Assembly: GCA_963760405.1 (NCBI GenBank)
Contig: CAVXCV010000002.1
Coordinates: 679,413-743,412, forward strand
Origin: an uncultured Actinomycetes bacterium
GTDB taxonomy: Bacteria; Actinomycetota; Actinomycetes; Streptosporangiales; Streptosporangiaceae
DNA: 64,000 bases
Direction of reading: 5' to 3'
The first letter of the stretch is position 1. Every line of letters begins with the position of its first letter. This document shows positions 63,723 to 64,000 of this stretch, one piece after another. The notes under the pieces are model-generated. The model had not been told where the DNA came from, did no database searches, and was given only the letters and a program-made list of their open reading frames with translations. The translations under genes and the position numbers were made by a program.

Positions 63723-64000
63723 TCAGATGAATTTCTGCGCGGCCAGGAACTCAGCCGCCTTCACGCCACCGTCGCCCTCGTCCTTGACGATCGTGCCCGC
63801 CTGCCGCGGCGGGCGCTTCGCGAAGCTCACCACCTCGGTGGCCGCCCCGGCCAGGCCCACCTGCCCCGGGTCGATCCCGGCGTCGGCCAGGCTGAGCGTC
63901 TCCACCGGCTTCTTCTTGGCCGCCATGATCCCCTTGAAGGACGGGTACCGCGGCTCGTTGATCTTCTCCACCACGCTGATCACGGCGGGCAGGCTTGCCT
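63723..64000 (-). CDS. etfB: electron transfer flavoprotein subunit beta (3' part; runs off the window)
   Basis: …EPRYPSFKGIMAAKKKPVETLSLADAGI... C-terminal ETF-beta sequence directly upstream of etfA. Confidence 0.85.
   Translation of the reverse strand, partial: ASLPAVISVVEKINEPRYPSFKGIMAAKKKPVETLSLADAGIDPGQVGLAGAATEVVSFAKRPPRQAGTIVKDEGDGGVKAAEFLAAQKFI

Overview
Very GC-rich actinobacterial chromosome segment: codon third positions are almost all G/C, so the ORF track contains many long spurious antisense ORFs. The window has two parts. (1) nt 1-18640 looks like a decayed mobilizable island lying against the 3' end of tRNA-Glu. It holds a partial single-ORF IS66-family element inserted into, and truncating, a tyrosine-recombinase gene. 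It also holds a translationally coupled minus-strand operon: Cu-type P1B ATPase, a polytopic-membrane::SCO1/SenC fusion, and a frameshifted BNR beta-propeller lipoprotein. Further cargo is a DUF5134 membrane protein, two tandem DUF929 thioredoxin-like paralogs and a second SCO lipoprotein. The rest is about 1.6 kb of gene-free lower-GC DNA, MobC plus relaxase with a candidate oriT, and a split repeat-rich membrane protein. (2) nt 18640-64000 holds core genes in a mycobacteria-like order: tRNA-Glu, tRNA-Gln, FAH hydrolase, cimA, ilvE, leuB, serA, ilvC-ilvN-ilvB, gatB-gatA-gatC, ligA, a MetE-like protein, mnmA, cysteine desulfurase and etfA-etfB. Interspersed are two GGDEF/EAL sensors, a GntR regulator, GNAT, SGNH hydrolase, GH13 glucosidase and a metallophosphoesterase/ParB-like pair. 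There is also an LpqY-SugABC-like sugar ABC operon whose binding protein and ATPase are frameshifted. The most notable non-genic signals are four. First, leader-peptide attenuators sit upstream of ilvB (Val/Leu/Ile-rich) and of cimA (three consecutive Ile codons). Second, short tandem repeats are unusually dense; several duplicate or contain the last codons plus stop codon of a gene (serA, ilvN, cysteine desulfurase, etfB) or expand in frame inside proteins. Third, a duplicated ~50-nt element precedes two small membrane-protein genes beside the GntR gene. Fourth, there are at least six clear frameshifts, plus one possible one at the SGNH hydrolase 5' end; all are in accessory genes and several sit at or near short G/C runs. 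No rRNA, CRISPR array or recognisable defence system was seen.
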